From Felis catus (taxonomy: Eukaryota), in assembly GCF_018350175.1 (NCBI RefSeq), contig NC_058368.1, positions 183,956,001 through 184,020,000 on the forward strand: a DNA stretch of 64,000 bases. The letters are read 5' to 3'. The notes below the pieces were generated by a model. That model was not told where the DNA came from, made no database searches, and was given only the letters and a program-made list of their open reading frames with translations. Every line of letters begins with the position of its first letter. The first letter of the stretch is position 1. This document shows positions 24,641 to 37,758 of this stretch, in pieces. The translations under genes were made by a program, and so were the position numbers.

Positions 24641-27626
24641 ATGCAGTCTTGTTTTGGTTCTGTTAAAGGATTGGCAAGGAGAGTCCGGCCAAATCTATAA
24701 TTAGAGGTGATGCATTAGATGAAAATAAAAACACCTTTATAATGACAGAACATTCTTGGAAGCTTTGCACATGGACATAGGGGAAAACATTTCTCTAAGT
24801 GAAGAATTTGCTTTTAATCTTTATGTAGTATCTAAACAGAACACTATATACAGAACTTGGTATATCAAAAATCTCTTCTACCTCTTGAAAATTTGCTTTT
24901 CTTCTTTTGAGCAGCAATTCTATTATTGTTGATTCATACTTTTAAAGTGAGCACTTCCTCCTCCTCCTCTCATATGAGAACCAGCATATGATATGACATT
25001 CTAATATAATATTAACCATGCTTCTTTGTTTAAAGTTTTCCACTTGTTCTGTCACAACAGCATGGTCCCATCAGCAACACCAGCCCATTATCTGACAGGG
25101 AGAGTGGTGATGGGAACTTAGTCCAGAAGATACCCCACTACCTGAGGAGTAAACAGTCCTTGAAGACTAATGTATTTAAATTAAGTCCTTGTTATACATC
25201 GATCAGGCTTAGCTGGAAAGATGTTTTCCAAACACATGAATTTTTTTTTCTTTCCAAGCAGAAATCAGAAAAATTTCCCTAACCTGAGGCTGTTAACATT
25301 GATAATTAAATAACCCTACTATTTATGAAAGCATTATGATAAATACTCTTAAAGGAAAGAAATAGTTGGAAAAAAAAAAGTATATATGTAGGCTAGTTCC
25401 ATCCCTGACTTTCCCCTTCCCTAAAATTAAATGAATTCTTCATTCGCTATTATAAACTAAATATTTCCTTTGAGTCCAATTAGCATTGCTGAAAGAAAAA
25501 GCAAATCAAGGCTCTGTTCAGCATGCATCAATGTAATGGAAAATCAGGTCTTTTATTCTAGCTTTAATAACTGCAGCTTGATTAGAGGCAAAGAAAAGGC
25601 TATGAAGGGAGAAGGGGGGAAAGGAGAAGGACTGCCAAATTAGTTCTATAAGAATTCTCAACCTGTCTGCTCTCTGGCTCACTATTCAAATGCTAATTGA
25701 GCCTTTTGGTAAACAGAATGGGTAATCATGGAAGACAAAAACAGACACAGAAAACAAATGAAATATCATACCTTATCCAAAGCAGCATGGCATTTTTCTG
25801 ATAAGCTTTGGAAGACTTAAAATTTTAAGTCCTTGGGTCTTATTTTTTTCCTGGATAGATTAAAATTAATATAATAAAATAAATATTACATAATCAAATA
25901 AAAAGTGACAAAGAACTGCTTTGTCTCAACAATGAAACCAGTCATGTTATAATTAGATAAGAGGATTTATATTCACAGCTATAAACATGAAAGTAGACCA
26001 TGAGGCTGGATAAAGGCAAGTTTTTAATTCTTAAAAATTAATTACATGGCATTATTCTTATCAGTACACAGAATGCATTAATTATACAATTAATAAAAAG
26101 ATGAAGGGGATTTTTTTTTTTTTTTGGCAATTGTAATGCACATGGGGGCATTTGGTTTTATACCCAGAATTGTCCTTCAGGCATTTCTATAATCTTCTTA
26201 CTAGGCAATGTCAAGACCCTAAACCAGTTAGTAGGAATATTGAATGGAGTGGGTGTTCATGTTAGTGCTTAGACACATTTCAGAAAGGTTATGGATTTCC
26301 ATGTAATTGGGATCTAAGGTGTAATAGGTTTAATTTGAGGTCCTCTTTAAAAGAACAGCAGGAAGAGGCATTGTCAGCAATATGTAATAGCCAGTAAGAA
26401 GTGGCAGCGTGCTCCTTCACAATGGGCTTCCTTAAGGATGAAAAAGTGATTATCTTACTACAACAGTTATTTCTCTGAGTGCTTCCATCATCGGCGTGGC
26501 ACTGAAAATGCCTTGTGTGTGCTACCGCCTTATCCTTGAAAACATTTTAAAGCTATAAATAACATTCACAGAAGAAGAAATGTGGTAGTGAAAAGACAGC
26601 TGGCTATCAGGAGCAGAGCCACAGGCCAAATCCATTTTAGCAAACTCCAAGGGACTGTCCAAATTCTCTTGCTGTCTTGCAACTGTGCTTTATCAACGAT
26701 TACTTGGAGTAAATGGGCTATCAGCCAGGGCCAGGAAATCTGTTTTTGCTATATACAAATTGTTGATGTAATGTACAGCAGGACAACACAGTCATATTGT
26801 AATAGTATTTGACTTCGCTGACCTGCCAGCAATATTGTATGTAGGAACAAACACGCTCCAACTTCTTCTCACCCAAAAAGGATCACTCAGCTACTTTAAG
26901 AGCAGGCTGTGAACCCTTGCAAATAATGCAGAAACAGTCTTGAAATAGCCCCAGTTGTTTACAATTTTAGAACAAAACTGAAGTGGTATCTAAAATGTAG
27001 TAACAGTGACTACTTTGTTGTTTGGGGTAGGGAAGAAAAAAGCCCTAAAAATAGAAAATATAGAATCGCCATTGGTGTCGGTGTCACAGAAGTGACCAGT
27101 GGTTGCCTATGCCTACCCCTCGTTATGCCTACCTATCCCCATTTTTTGATCTGGATAAATGAAATAAAATGATAGGAAACTGCAGCTTTAAGCTCCTACC
27201 ATCGCACATGCTATGATCCCCATTTAATACAGAAATTCTGGAGGTACCACTCATCTCCATTGCTAAATATCCCTATTCTGCCTCTCCCTCCACCTCTGTT
27301 GCTCTCTCCTCTCCCCCTCTCTCCCCCACCCTCTCACAACACATACACACACAACACACACCACAAATCACAAATATTCTTTGCCTTTCTCATAGCCCGT
27401 TACCTTGTTGTTGTCTGCTTTTCTGTTCCTGGGCATATCAACATTCCAAGGTTAATGATGAGGCACCTTGGAAAAGTGGCGTTTGTTTAGCTTAAGGTAA
27501 TGTTTTAAATGTCTTTCTCTTTGTGGCAGTCTCGTTGCTTCTAAAACAAAACCAATCTGCAATCTGAACCTGCATTCCATATTAACACCTCAGACACATT
27601 GTTGCAGGGTTTCAGGGCTGTGTATT

Positions 27627-27674
<48 letters not shown>

Positions 27675-27688
27675 TGTGTGTGTGTGTG
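27627..27688. repeat. Compound (TTG)~15 + (TG)n microsatellite
   Basis: Direct observation. Confidence 0.97.
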
Positions 27689-28199
27689 TTTATGTGTATT
27701 TTGTCATCCTGTCCTAGTTGAAAAACCATATGTGAGAGTGCAGCTGGCAAACACTAGAATAAGTTTAATAGGTTTGAGCTCTGAAAAACACATTTCTCCA
27801 AGCCTTATTATCAAATTGATGTGCTGTGGCATCTCGTCCTTACCAAGTCTCCTGAATTCCTGGCAAACGGAGTAAAGGAACTGGGTATTTAGCCAGAGTT
27901 TGTTTATGATTCCCTTCAAGTTATAAATATGGATTTTAGTCATATTCATTTATGAGGAATTTTAAAATTCTAATGCAAGTAAGTAGCAAAAAATTTTCCT
28001 AAATATTAAAGAATTCCTACTTAGCAGGGATGCATTTGTTCACAATATCTAACAAGGAAAACTTTTTATTTTTTTCATTACCTGCCTCACAGTTAATCTA
28101 AAAGGAAATGATAGTTGCAATTAGGGCACATAGTGGATTCTACTCCTCCAACCTGTTTGAAAGAAGATGAATGGCCAGTGACAAAGGACCAAAAGAGTC

Positions 28200-28456
28200 A
28201 TGCTGCTTTGTTACTGAAGCTTTAAGATCCAATGATTAATTCACCATATTCTTTTCCCTTTGCCAAGAAAATTCTGGGAACTCATTAAGGACAGAATGCC
28301 CTCTCTAGTTTAGATCTTGAGGTAACTATGGTTAGCAGAGCCCTCTTATTGGCCCTCACTGGAAATGAGAAAGAAATATATTTTGGGGGGTTGAACCACT
28401 GAGATCTGAGGACTGCTTGTTTCCACAGCATAACTGAGAATATCCTTATGGATACA
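28200..28456 (+). mobile_element. MLT1 LTR 3' fragment
   Basis: tgagaaagaaata..gttgaaccactgagatctgaggactgcttgtttccacagcataac..gataca. Confidence 0.5.
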
Positions 28457-29201
28457 CCATCAAGATCAACCTTATATCAGAAAACTCCAGACTCCTAGTG
28501 ATCTTCTAGAATAGTTTTATGAAATGGAAAAATAATGCTTATCCTCAAGTGTTCATGTAGGCTGATAAAAGATGAAATTTCATTAGTACCAAGCATTGAG
28601 ATAAGAGTTTTATCTGAATTATCATATTTAATCCTCACAGCAAGAGGCAAGGTTGAAATTAGAAGTCCTTAAAGTCTAACTTCTGAGTCCCATGCATTGG
28701 CTTCTCAGTATTTAGTTAAGAGTTAAAAAGAAAGTAATATGATTTTTTAAGAACAAAGAAACATACAACATCAGTGCATAACCACTTAATATTGTCATTT
28801 GTTTCTGACAGTCCTGAAGACTGTTTTTTAAACTACTGCTATTTGGTAAAGTGTATGTCTGAAAGGACTATTAGGAGAAAGAGGAATCAAGACTTCTTAG
28901 GTTTTCAGTAATAGTGTCCTGAGAAGACAAAGCAATTGTTCTCACAAATACGCTTATTTAAGATCATTATAGAAATCTGTTTCATTTCCTTCAAAGAATA
29001 TGTTTTGAAAGCTAAAAATCATCCTATCATGTTGGACACATAGAAGTAGTTACTGCTTAAGAATCAAGTGGTTATTTCTTTTCAAAGTTGTATATGTTAT
29101 ATTTGATAATCCTAGTTTATAATTCTCAAAATAACTCTCACTCTGACATATCTTTTAGATTTGAATTGGCCTCATGGATATACGTATCTATATACTCAAG
29201 A

Positions 29202-29247
29202 GTGTGTGTGTGTGTGTGTGCGTGCGTGTGTGTGTGTGTGTGTGTGT
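29202..29247. repeat. Interrupted (TG)n microsatellite
   Basis: Direct observation. Confidence 0.97.
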
Positions 29248-29859
29248 AAATAGAGAAGATTTTTCCCTTGTTTCAAGGAAATTTGCATAGGAAAATCTAA
29301 ACTTTCAAACAATAAAATTAGAAGCCAATCATCCCAGAAATTATTAAGAATATGCATCATTGCCATAATATTGGATGTATCCTGTGTGTATAAACAATTG
29401 AAGAAAAAAACCTTTAACCCTCTCTCTCTTTTATAAATACACACACATATATGGATAGCTCAAGGGCGAAATGCTTTGAAGATTGATTTCCCAGATTCAT
29501 TCTGTGTATTGGAGAAGTGCCCTTCCCAGTAACTCAGAACAAATTGAGGAAGCATTTCATCATGAGAAGATAGGCCGGTGTGGGAGAAGTTTAATATAAA
29601 GTATTTCACCCAGATTGCTGATCCAATCCAGATAAAGCTGAGTAACTTTGATTTTTGCTATTCAAACTGCGGAAATTTTAGATTTATATAAGGTCCATTC
29701 AGACTCCCTCCATTCTTCTGAATAAAAGTTTTACCAATGTTGTTTAGTGAATCACTGTTATCACTGTTATATATTACCTATATAAATATTTCCATCCATA
29801 ATTTTTTGCCAGAATGTGATTACAGGCTCTGTCCATGTGCCAAGTAGATTGAAAAAGTC

Positions 29860-30329
29860 CTATGAAAATATGAAGGACATACAAGGCCCCTTATGGTCTG
29901 CTGCCTTCCTTTATCTAAACCTACTCAAGACGACTTTGCTACATGCACTTGACCCTCCACGCAATCCAGACATTTTGCAACATTCTTAACGTGCCATTTT
30001 CTTTTGCATATATGGTTCCTTTTACTGGAAATGCCCTTCCTACTCCTTTATGCACAGGCACTTGCTACTCATCCTGTGAAGCCCATGAGCTCCTTTAATA
30101 CCACGTTTTCCAGGAACACTTCTTGTACCTCCCAGCATGTTAGGAATATTATAGCATGCCAGGCTTTTCTGCCTTCACCATATTATTTTATAATCTTTAG
30201 TTTACATGTTTTCAAGCATCTTAGAAGCAAAAATCTTGTTTCTTATTTCTTTATTCCTAGTATCTGCATATATAGACAATAATTTGTGGAATGAATGAAT
30301 AAATGAATGAATGAATGAATGAATGAATG
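29860..30329 (+). mobile_element. L2 3' end with (GAAT)n tail
   Basis: caaggccccttatggtctg..tttgcatat..ctggaaatgcccttcc..tttgtggaatgaatgaat repeat tail. Confidence 0.8.
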
Positions 30330-30793
30330 TTGCTATACTGGTGAGATATTTTAACCGGCAATTTGTTAGCTATGGTGAGACCATGTGGAAAATCAATGAG
30401 GAAAAACAGTGTTCAAACTATAAAAGGCTAAAAGTCGATATGATAAATCCACATACCTCAAACTCCAGGTAAAGTGCTTGAAATTATTCATTAAATACAA
30501 TGTTTTTATAATCATTTTAAGGAGAATTTTTAAGGAAAAAAGAAAACTGAAAATTATAGACACTAACTTAACAAATTCCCTGTGTCAACAATCATAATGA
30601 AGAATTGGTCACATTTTGTCATGTTTGTTTTGCCTTCTTTCAAGTAAAAGAATATTAAAACCACACCCGACTGGCAAAATAAATCAGCCCTGATATGAAC
30701 ATTGTCATTTGCTTCTTTGTCATGTCCCATAATAAGACATTTTCCACCCCCTGTGGAAATATAAAGTTTATTCCCCTTCCCCAGTCTTTAGCA

Positions 30794-31060
30794 CAGGCCC
30801 AGCTACATAATTTGCTGAGCTTAGGGCAAAATAAAAATTTGCGACTGCTGCAGGGAGAAGAGAAGTCCATCTCCCCTTCTCATTAAACTGCTGCCCCAAC
30901 CCAAGGCTGAGACACCCTTCAAGGGCCTGCAATGTCCATGATGGAACATGATTGGTACCTAATTCAGGGATGAGCGGAAGGCCCCCACCATGACTACCAT
31001 TAAATGTCCTGTTATACTAGCCCAGAGCAGGAATGCCAGCTACTTTATTTATAATGTCCA
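30794..31060 (-). mobile_element. MER45-family (hAT-Tip100) fragment
   Basis: caggcccagctacataatttgc..gcaaaataaaaattt matches the reverse of the MER45 right end; inner boundary uncertain. Confidence 0.55.
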
Positions 31061-31102
31061 TAATGAAAGGGAGGAAGGTAACTAATAAATCCATATGCCA
31101 GA

Positions 31103-31222
31103 GCAAGGCAGGCTTTATGGCATAATCCAATGTAGCTGCATAGGTCCCTATACTCAGAAAGGCCTAATGATTGGGTTTTAATGCTCTGTCATCTACTCTT
31201 TCTGCCCTACAAAATCAGCCTG
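31103..31222 (+). mobile_element. MER45A-like element
   Basis: caaggcaggctttatgg..gcataggtccctatactcagaaaggcc..ttgggttttaatgctctg. Confidence 0.6.
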
Positions 31223-31589
31223 ACTGATCTTTAGGAAATAGCCACTCTCTTACCTGAGGTTCCCTAACAGACTTTAGATTCAACACTCAATCCTATTAAA
31301 ATTACTGATTTATGCCCAAAGTTTGCTGACTACTTATGACCAGCTTGCTATATCGGTGTCCTTTCCCTCAACTACCACTTTTCTTTCACCTAGTTGAGTT
31401 GTTGGTTTATCACGCCAGTTGAGTTTATCCCCATGTATGCATGTTTATGTCTACTGGTCTTTAATGCTCAATGTCTTTGAACTGCTGATTCAACTTGCTT
31501 TAAGTGTGCCTTATCCCTGGAGTTCACTCCATTAGAAATTATGAATTTATTTATTTTATATGTTACTTTTAGTTCTGTGTATGTATGTG

Positions 31590-31975
31590 TGTGATACATT
31601 GGTTCAATGTTTCTTACTTATCTGTGTCCCCTACTGTTTGATCATTAACTTCTAAAGTTTATTTATTTTTGACAAAGAGAGAGAGCGAGCGTGAACTAGG
31701 GAGGGGCAGAGAGAGAGGGAGACACAGAATCCAAAGCAGGCTCCAGGCTCCAAGCTGTCAGCACAGAGCCTGATGTGGGGCTTGAACTCATGAACCGTGA
31801 GATCATGACCTGGGCCGAAGTCGGACGCTTAACCGACTGAGCCACGCAGGCGCCCCTGATCATTAACTTCGAGAGCAGGGAAATAAAATGTTAGATTCTT
31901 CATACCTCTAATGCCTAGAGTTCAGAGTCTATCACATATTAGATGTTCAATAGCATTTATTGACTCAACAAAGAA
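31590..31975 (+). mobile_element. L2 3' end interrupted by SINE
   Basis: tgtgtcccctact..gagagcaggga..tgcctagag..tagatgttcaatagcatttattga. Confidence 0.6.
31653..31856 (-). mobile_element. Can-SINE
   Basis: Perfect 14-bp TSD tgatcattaacttc 31639-31652 / 31857-31870. Confidence 0.97.
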
Positions 31976-32559
31976 ATTAGAACATTACTTTCTTAAATGT
32001 AAGAAATAATATAAACATACACTCTTTAGAATCAGGTTTATTAAGGCAGCTAAATTCATCACCTTAATGCTATTAAACTTTAAGAACGTATCTTAAGAAA
32101 AAGTAGAAATCATAGTAAGAAAGTATAGTTTTTGTTTCTTTGGTTTTATATATTGCAATCTACAGTGGTTTTAGCACATGATTTAAGATCAGAGTAGAGC
32201 ATTGAACCCTTAAGGTAAGTCAGCTATTATTAAAAAAATGGATCTTATTTACCAAGAGGAAAAACTAGCAAATCAAGGGAAATGGCTCTCATGGTAATGG
32301 AAGAATTTCAGCAGCTCTTAGGGTTGTTATTACTTAGATAACATGTGGCAAGACCTACCAGCAGATTCATCAGATGACATTGTAGAGTTCATTCTTACTG
32401 TCTCTTTTGTTGTTTGTTTACCTCCTTGGCTGAGTTTCCAACCCTAGTTAACCCTCGATTATCTAGTTCCTACTGCTTTCTTAGCTCAACTGTGTTTTAC
32501 TTGGGTCTTTCTATAGTCTATCTAGACATTGCTCCTTCTTTGCCTCCTCAGAAGACACT

Positions 32560-32930
32560 GTGCTGACATGAAAAGAGACAGTAACTTGGGAATTTAAAAA
32601 GTAAACTGTAGATATTCTCCCCACTACTTTTGCCACCTTTAGCAACTTACTTTAGAAATCTGTTTTCTCATCTGTAAAATATAGATAGCGTCTACCTCTC
32701 AGGACTATTGGGTGAGTAAACTGATGAGCTAAAGCAGCAGGGAGCACAGAGTAAGCTTTCAACCAACTATCAGCTATTATCATGCTTGGGAATGTGACCT
32801 TGGGAACACTGGTCATCTGTGAAATGGGATCAACATACTCTATCTACTAGGGTTGCACTGATATTAATAAAATAACCTATGTTACTTGCCTTGTACAGAG
32901 TCTGACATATGATAATTTGGATAACAAATA
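32560..32930 (+). mobile_element. Two adjacent MIR fragments
   Basis: ttttctcatctgtaaaat..ctacctc and tgtgaccttggg..catctgtgaaatgggat. Confidence 0.7.
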
Positions 32931-34554
32931 CTTGTCTGGACATAGCTTCTGCAATTTTCCAAAATGTTACATACTAAATGAGTAATGTTTTCTAATATAT
33001 TAGGCAAGGTCATTAAGTGATTATTGTGAACATATACTTCTGGAATCATGGTGTAACAAAGATCAGAAACTAGAATACTTAATATGATGGATTTGTGAAA
33101 TAAGTAAGTAAGTGTGGATTATAAGAGAAAAGATGGGAGGATTTGTGTTCTGGGCACTCCAACCTTTAGAAATTGGGGGAATGAGGAATAACCAACATGG
33201 GATATGAAGAAGAAAATGCCAGTGAGGTGGGGCAGATTATGGTGCTTTGAAAAGCAAGTGAAGACGGTGTTTAAGGACAGAGTGATGAAATAAATCAAGT
33301 TCTGTAGCTTGGTCAAAATGTGAATGATGTTAGTTTATTTTCTAGTATCCAAAAACTTTCCCTTCATTATTTTGTAGGAGTGTAACATAGTGAAATGCAT
33401 ATTCTCCTTTTTGGGGTCTGGCACATTAGTTCCTAATACAGGTTATATAAGACAGGGTTTTGAGTAGCCTGTGTTTGTCCACATGTCCCCTTGTCTGTTA
33501 CTTTTAAGCCTAATTTCTGACATTTCCCTCTAGATAAGATACCATCAAATTGTTCCATTTTAGCCAATTATAATTTCTGGGGAAAGCAGGTTTTAAGCCT
33601 GTCCTTAGTCCCATCATTCATTGTAAGTGAAAGTTTTACACCAAAATTACAGGTTTGGATAAAAACTAAAGAGCAGTCAAGCTTATTGGGCTGCTCATAA
33701 ATGGAAACCTTGTCAACCAGTGTGGAAACATTTCATTTTAAAACTTCAAAGTATTGATAAACATCATCAAAACTATGTAATCTTCAATCTTTATCTAAGT
33801 TCCAGGTTGTTAGGCAGAAAACAGTTAATACAATGATGCTTCTAACACATTTCACCACTTAACACTTGGTAATTTTATGCTTTTAAAGGATAAATTGCTG
33901 ATCCTTTCTTTGCAAAATGGATGAAGCTTTCTAATATGGACAGTAGATAATGGAAAAGATGCCAGCTCTTTCTAATTTTCCTATTTACATAAACAATAGA
34001 GTTTAAATTTTTCAGAAAAGAGTATTTTGTGTATATTCTAAAATTGCAATGTATTTTTACAACTGATTTCATGGCTTACCCAAAAAGGTAGGAAAAGAAT
34101 GTTTGTACATCAAGAGCTAATCAGTTTATAACACTTCATCCAGTTTATTGTACTCAAGTAACTTAGGACTAAAAGTAACTTTAATTTTGTTTTTAATTTT
34201 GATTCCCACCAACTCATCTTTATAGATCTTCCTTCCTCTAATAGAACTACGCTGTGATTATGGGTCATCATACCATTCATCCGGTCTTATGTATTCTGTG
34301 CTATGCCTGTTTATATAGAACATTACATTTGTTCCTAGACAAAATTACTCCAATTTCTTTGAGGTTTCCTCCCTTCTTCCCTATTTTTCTGTTCCTTTAA
34401 CCATTTAAGAACTGAGAACTTTTTTTAAACATGCTTCTAAAACATCAAGATTAGATGTTTGCACAAATGCTATCTTCTCTTGAACCCAATTTCTGAAATA
34501 TAAAAGAATTACTAATTTGCTCAGTTGAAGTTTTAGATTTGAAAACGTGTAAGG

Positions 34555-34800
34555 AGGCAGCTTAGTGTCTAAGCATACAAATTCTAAAGGCTGACTACCT
34601 GGTATTGAATCTCTTCTCTGCTCTTTAATAGCTGAGAAACCCTAGGTGAATAACTTAATATAACTGTTCCTTGTTTTCTCATCAATAATAATGGGATTGA
34701 TAATAGCATCCATTTTATGGCACTGTTAGGAGAATTACAGCGGTTAATCTCTATCAAGCTTTAGAAAAAGCACAGCACAGAATAACTACTATGTATGTAC
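34555..34800 (+). mobile_element. Near full-length MIR
   Basis: aggcagc..tagtg..ctggtattgaatc..gttttctcatc..aatgggattgataatag..ctgttaggagaatta. Confidence 0.8.
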
Positions 34801-35322
34801 TTGAAATAAATGTATTTATTCAATTAATGTCATAAATAATAGCACCATAAAATAGATGTATGGCATCAATTAACTGCATTTCTATCTTGGGATATAAATT
34901 TATGTCCAGCTCTATCCTAAAACCTAGGGAAAAGCAACATTTCTTTATTGGTGCTATCTATAGTTGTAATAGTAAAGCATAAATATTCATGATTAAACTC
35001 TGACAGTCCCTATAACTCTGTACGTGTCTCTCTTAATTGATACTAAAGATTGTGAAACTGAAAAAAGCCTAAGAACATGGTTAATATAAAAGGAAGATCA
35101 AGGAATATATTAATTATTGATTTTTTAAAGAATAATAACCTAAAAAGGCACATTAAAAATTAATAATTCCAAATTGATTGTCTAGATTACTCTAAACAAG
35201 AATATTAAGAATTCTGTTCTTTTAATAGTGAATTATAATAGTAAGTTTAAATCCCTAAAGAAACATAAAATTATTAAAATAAAATCAATTTCTATTTATT
35301 AAATATCACAACAAAATTTTAA

Positions 35323-35556
35323 TTTTTTTTATTTTTTTTTAAATTTTTTTTTTCAACGTTTATTTATTTTTGGGACAGAGAGAGACAGAGCATGAACGGG
35401 GGAGGGGCAGAGAGAGAGGGAGACACAGAATCGGAAACAGGCTCCAGGCTCCGAGCCATCAGCCCAGAGCCCGACGCGGGGCTCAAACTCACGGACCGCG
35501 AGATCGTGACCTGGCTGAAGTCGGACGCTTAACCGACTGCGCCACCCAGGCGCCCC
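35323..35556 (-). mobile_element. Young feline SINE (SINEC_Fc), near-consensus
   Basis: Reverse of ggggcgcctgggtggcgcagtcggttaagcgtccgacttcagccaggtcacgatctcgcggtccg...; ~16 CpGs retained; TSD aaaatttt(t)aa. Confidence 0.98.
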
Positions 35557-35633
35557 AAAATTTTTAAAAACACTTAAAACTTGGTTACCTGATTTATAAT
35601 GTAATAGTATTAAGTGTAAGAAAACCATTTTTT

Positions 35634-35846
35634 TTCAATATATTGTTTATTGAGTTTATTGTCAAATTGGTTTCCATACAACACCCAGTGCTAATCCCAA
35701 AAGGTGCCCTCCTCAATACCCATCACCCACCCGCCCCTCCCCCCCACCCCCCATCAACCCTCAGTTTGTTCTCAGTTTTTAAGTCTCTTATGCTTTGGCT
35801 CTCTTCCACTCTAACCTCTTTTTTTTTCCTTCCCCTCCCCCATGGG
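35634..35846 (-). mobile_element. Felid L1 (L1_Fc-like) 3' end
   Basis: gtcaaattggtttccatacaacacccagtgct..ccctcctcaatacccatcaccc..ccctcagtttgttctcag; TSD aagaaa(a/g)ccatttttt 35618-35633 / 35847-35862. Confidence 0.9.
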
Positions 35847-36439
35847 AAGAAAGCCATTTTTTAATCAAATTATGAAAATACTTGGTAAAATAGCTAATCT
35901 AATTTCTCACTCATCAAGGACTGCCATATTCTTTTTTATATTTCTTTCTTTTGTTATTTTGACTATCTCATTAGTTGTGCACAAATAGAGAATAGTTCAT
36001 TTGAGGTTTTATGATATTAAAGTAGTGCATAAAATTTTTAATAAGCTCAAAATAAACACAACTATACCACATTTACATTGAAGGTAGGATTTCAATGTTA
36101 AATAAGGTCATGAGGGCAGATTCTAGGACAGGACTGTCCACAGCATGAATGTGAAGGAGGCAGAAAGAAATCAGATCACAATCAATATTCAGAAGACTTA
36201 CCTCCCTCAACTTTACCCATCTGAGTTAACTTCCTAAATATTGTGGTTCTCAGATCATTAATTCTCCTGGTGATTCTCATTAATATACCTTCATTTAGAA
36301 TCCTTATCATTTAAATTCAATTCACTTGATATATAAATTAAGTTTGCACACCTATTTCTTCAGAATTCCATTCATAAGACCTTTCCAGCAAAAACTTTGC
36401 AAAGATATTTATTATATTCTCATTTCTAGCTCCAAATAT

Positions 36440-36960
36440 TCAAAGAGAAATGATGAAATACAGTTCATTCACGTTATAGAATACTGTGAAATTATTTAAA
36501 AGAATGTGTTAGCCCTCTATGTATTAGCATGGAAGTTTGCTCAAGATAAACTGAATGAGGGGCGCCTGGTTGGTTTAGTCGGTTAAGCATCCAAATTTGG
36601 CCCAGGTCATGATCTCATGGTTAGTGGCTTCAAGCCCCACGTTGGGCTCTGTGCTGACAGCTGGGAGCTTGGAGCCTGCTTCAGATTCAGTGCATCTCCC
36701 TCTATCTCTGCCCCTACCCCTTGTGCTCTGTCTCTCTCTCAAAAATAAACATTAAAATTTTTTTTAAAAAGATAAACTGAATGAAAAACTGGAAACTGGA
36801 AGAAAGTAAAATAGTTACGTATTTTCTGTAAAACAAAAATGCATATTTTTGTGTTAATACAAACACAAATTAGGATTCAGAAAAAGCTACCAAACTGTAA
36901 ACATTTGTTCTTCCTGAGGAAGAAAGTGAGATGGGTGGAGGAATTTTACTTTTTAAATCT
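36440..36960 (+). mobile_element. Old L1M (L1ME/MC-like) 3' fragment interrupted by SINE
   Basis: tagaatactgtg..ttaaaagaatg..ctctatgtattagcatgga..caagata. Confidence 0.55.
36559..36768 (+). mobile_element. Can-SINE
   Basis: Perfect 16-bp TSD aagataaactgaatga 36543-36558 / 36769-36784. Confidence 0.97.
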
Positions 36961-37580
36961 CTGCATTTAATCATTTTCAAACAAGTCCATGCTATTTTTC
37001 CAATAAAATGTGTACACATTTACTTACATGTTCAAGTGCATAAATAGTACATAATCCTTGAAAACAGTATACAGTTGTATTTGTTTATAAACATATCTAT
37101 GCATTTATGTATGTATATGTCCATAGGAATTATCATCTTAGAGATTTAAAATTCCTGTTCCAGACCTATTGTATGTATCAGAACTACTAGGGCCACCCCA
37201 GATAATTCTGATGACTAGGATAGTTTTGCATAGCCAAATTTCAGAATAGCTGTTCTACCTTATATAATACTGGCTGTTCGTGTATTTAGTTTTATTTGCT
37301 CATGCCTACATTTATATTTATTATAAAAGTCCTGCTCTATTTATTAAGAATTTTTTGCTCCGTTAAACAGTACCCCTTTTATAAGAGCTTTTAGAACATA
37401 CCTTGAACAATAGTTTACTGATTCAACAAGAATTATGGTGTGTGTGTGATATATGCCTGACTCTGTTCCATACAGTAGGTATACAAAGGTGAACAAAATC
37501 GAAAAGTTCCCATCTCATGAAGATAATCCTCTCATAAGTAACCGATCAGCTGCTTTTATTTCATGACAATTCCTGTAGTG

Positions 37581-37758
37581 CAGTCGTTCTCAAATTTGAG
37601 TGGGTATCAGAGTCGCCTGGAGATCTTGTTAAACTACATTATTCTCAGATATTCTGATTTAGTAAGTCTGGGGTGGGTCCCAACAATTTGCATTCCCAAC
37701 ATGTTCCCAAGTGATGCTCGTACTATTAGCTGTAGACCACACTTTTTGAGAATCATTG
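37581..37758. mobile_element. MER5A hAT MITE
   Basis: cagtcgttctcaaa..atcagagtcgcctggag..ttctgatttagtaagtctggggtggg..ttgagaatcattg; TIR pair. Confidence 0.85.

Noticed and set aside
27541..27875. Poly-Leu/poly-Thr and VCVC/HTHT ORFs (also ~29196, 51041-51359, 59627-60038)
   Set aside because: They are microsatellite read-through artefacts.
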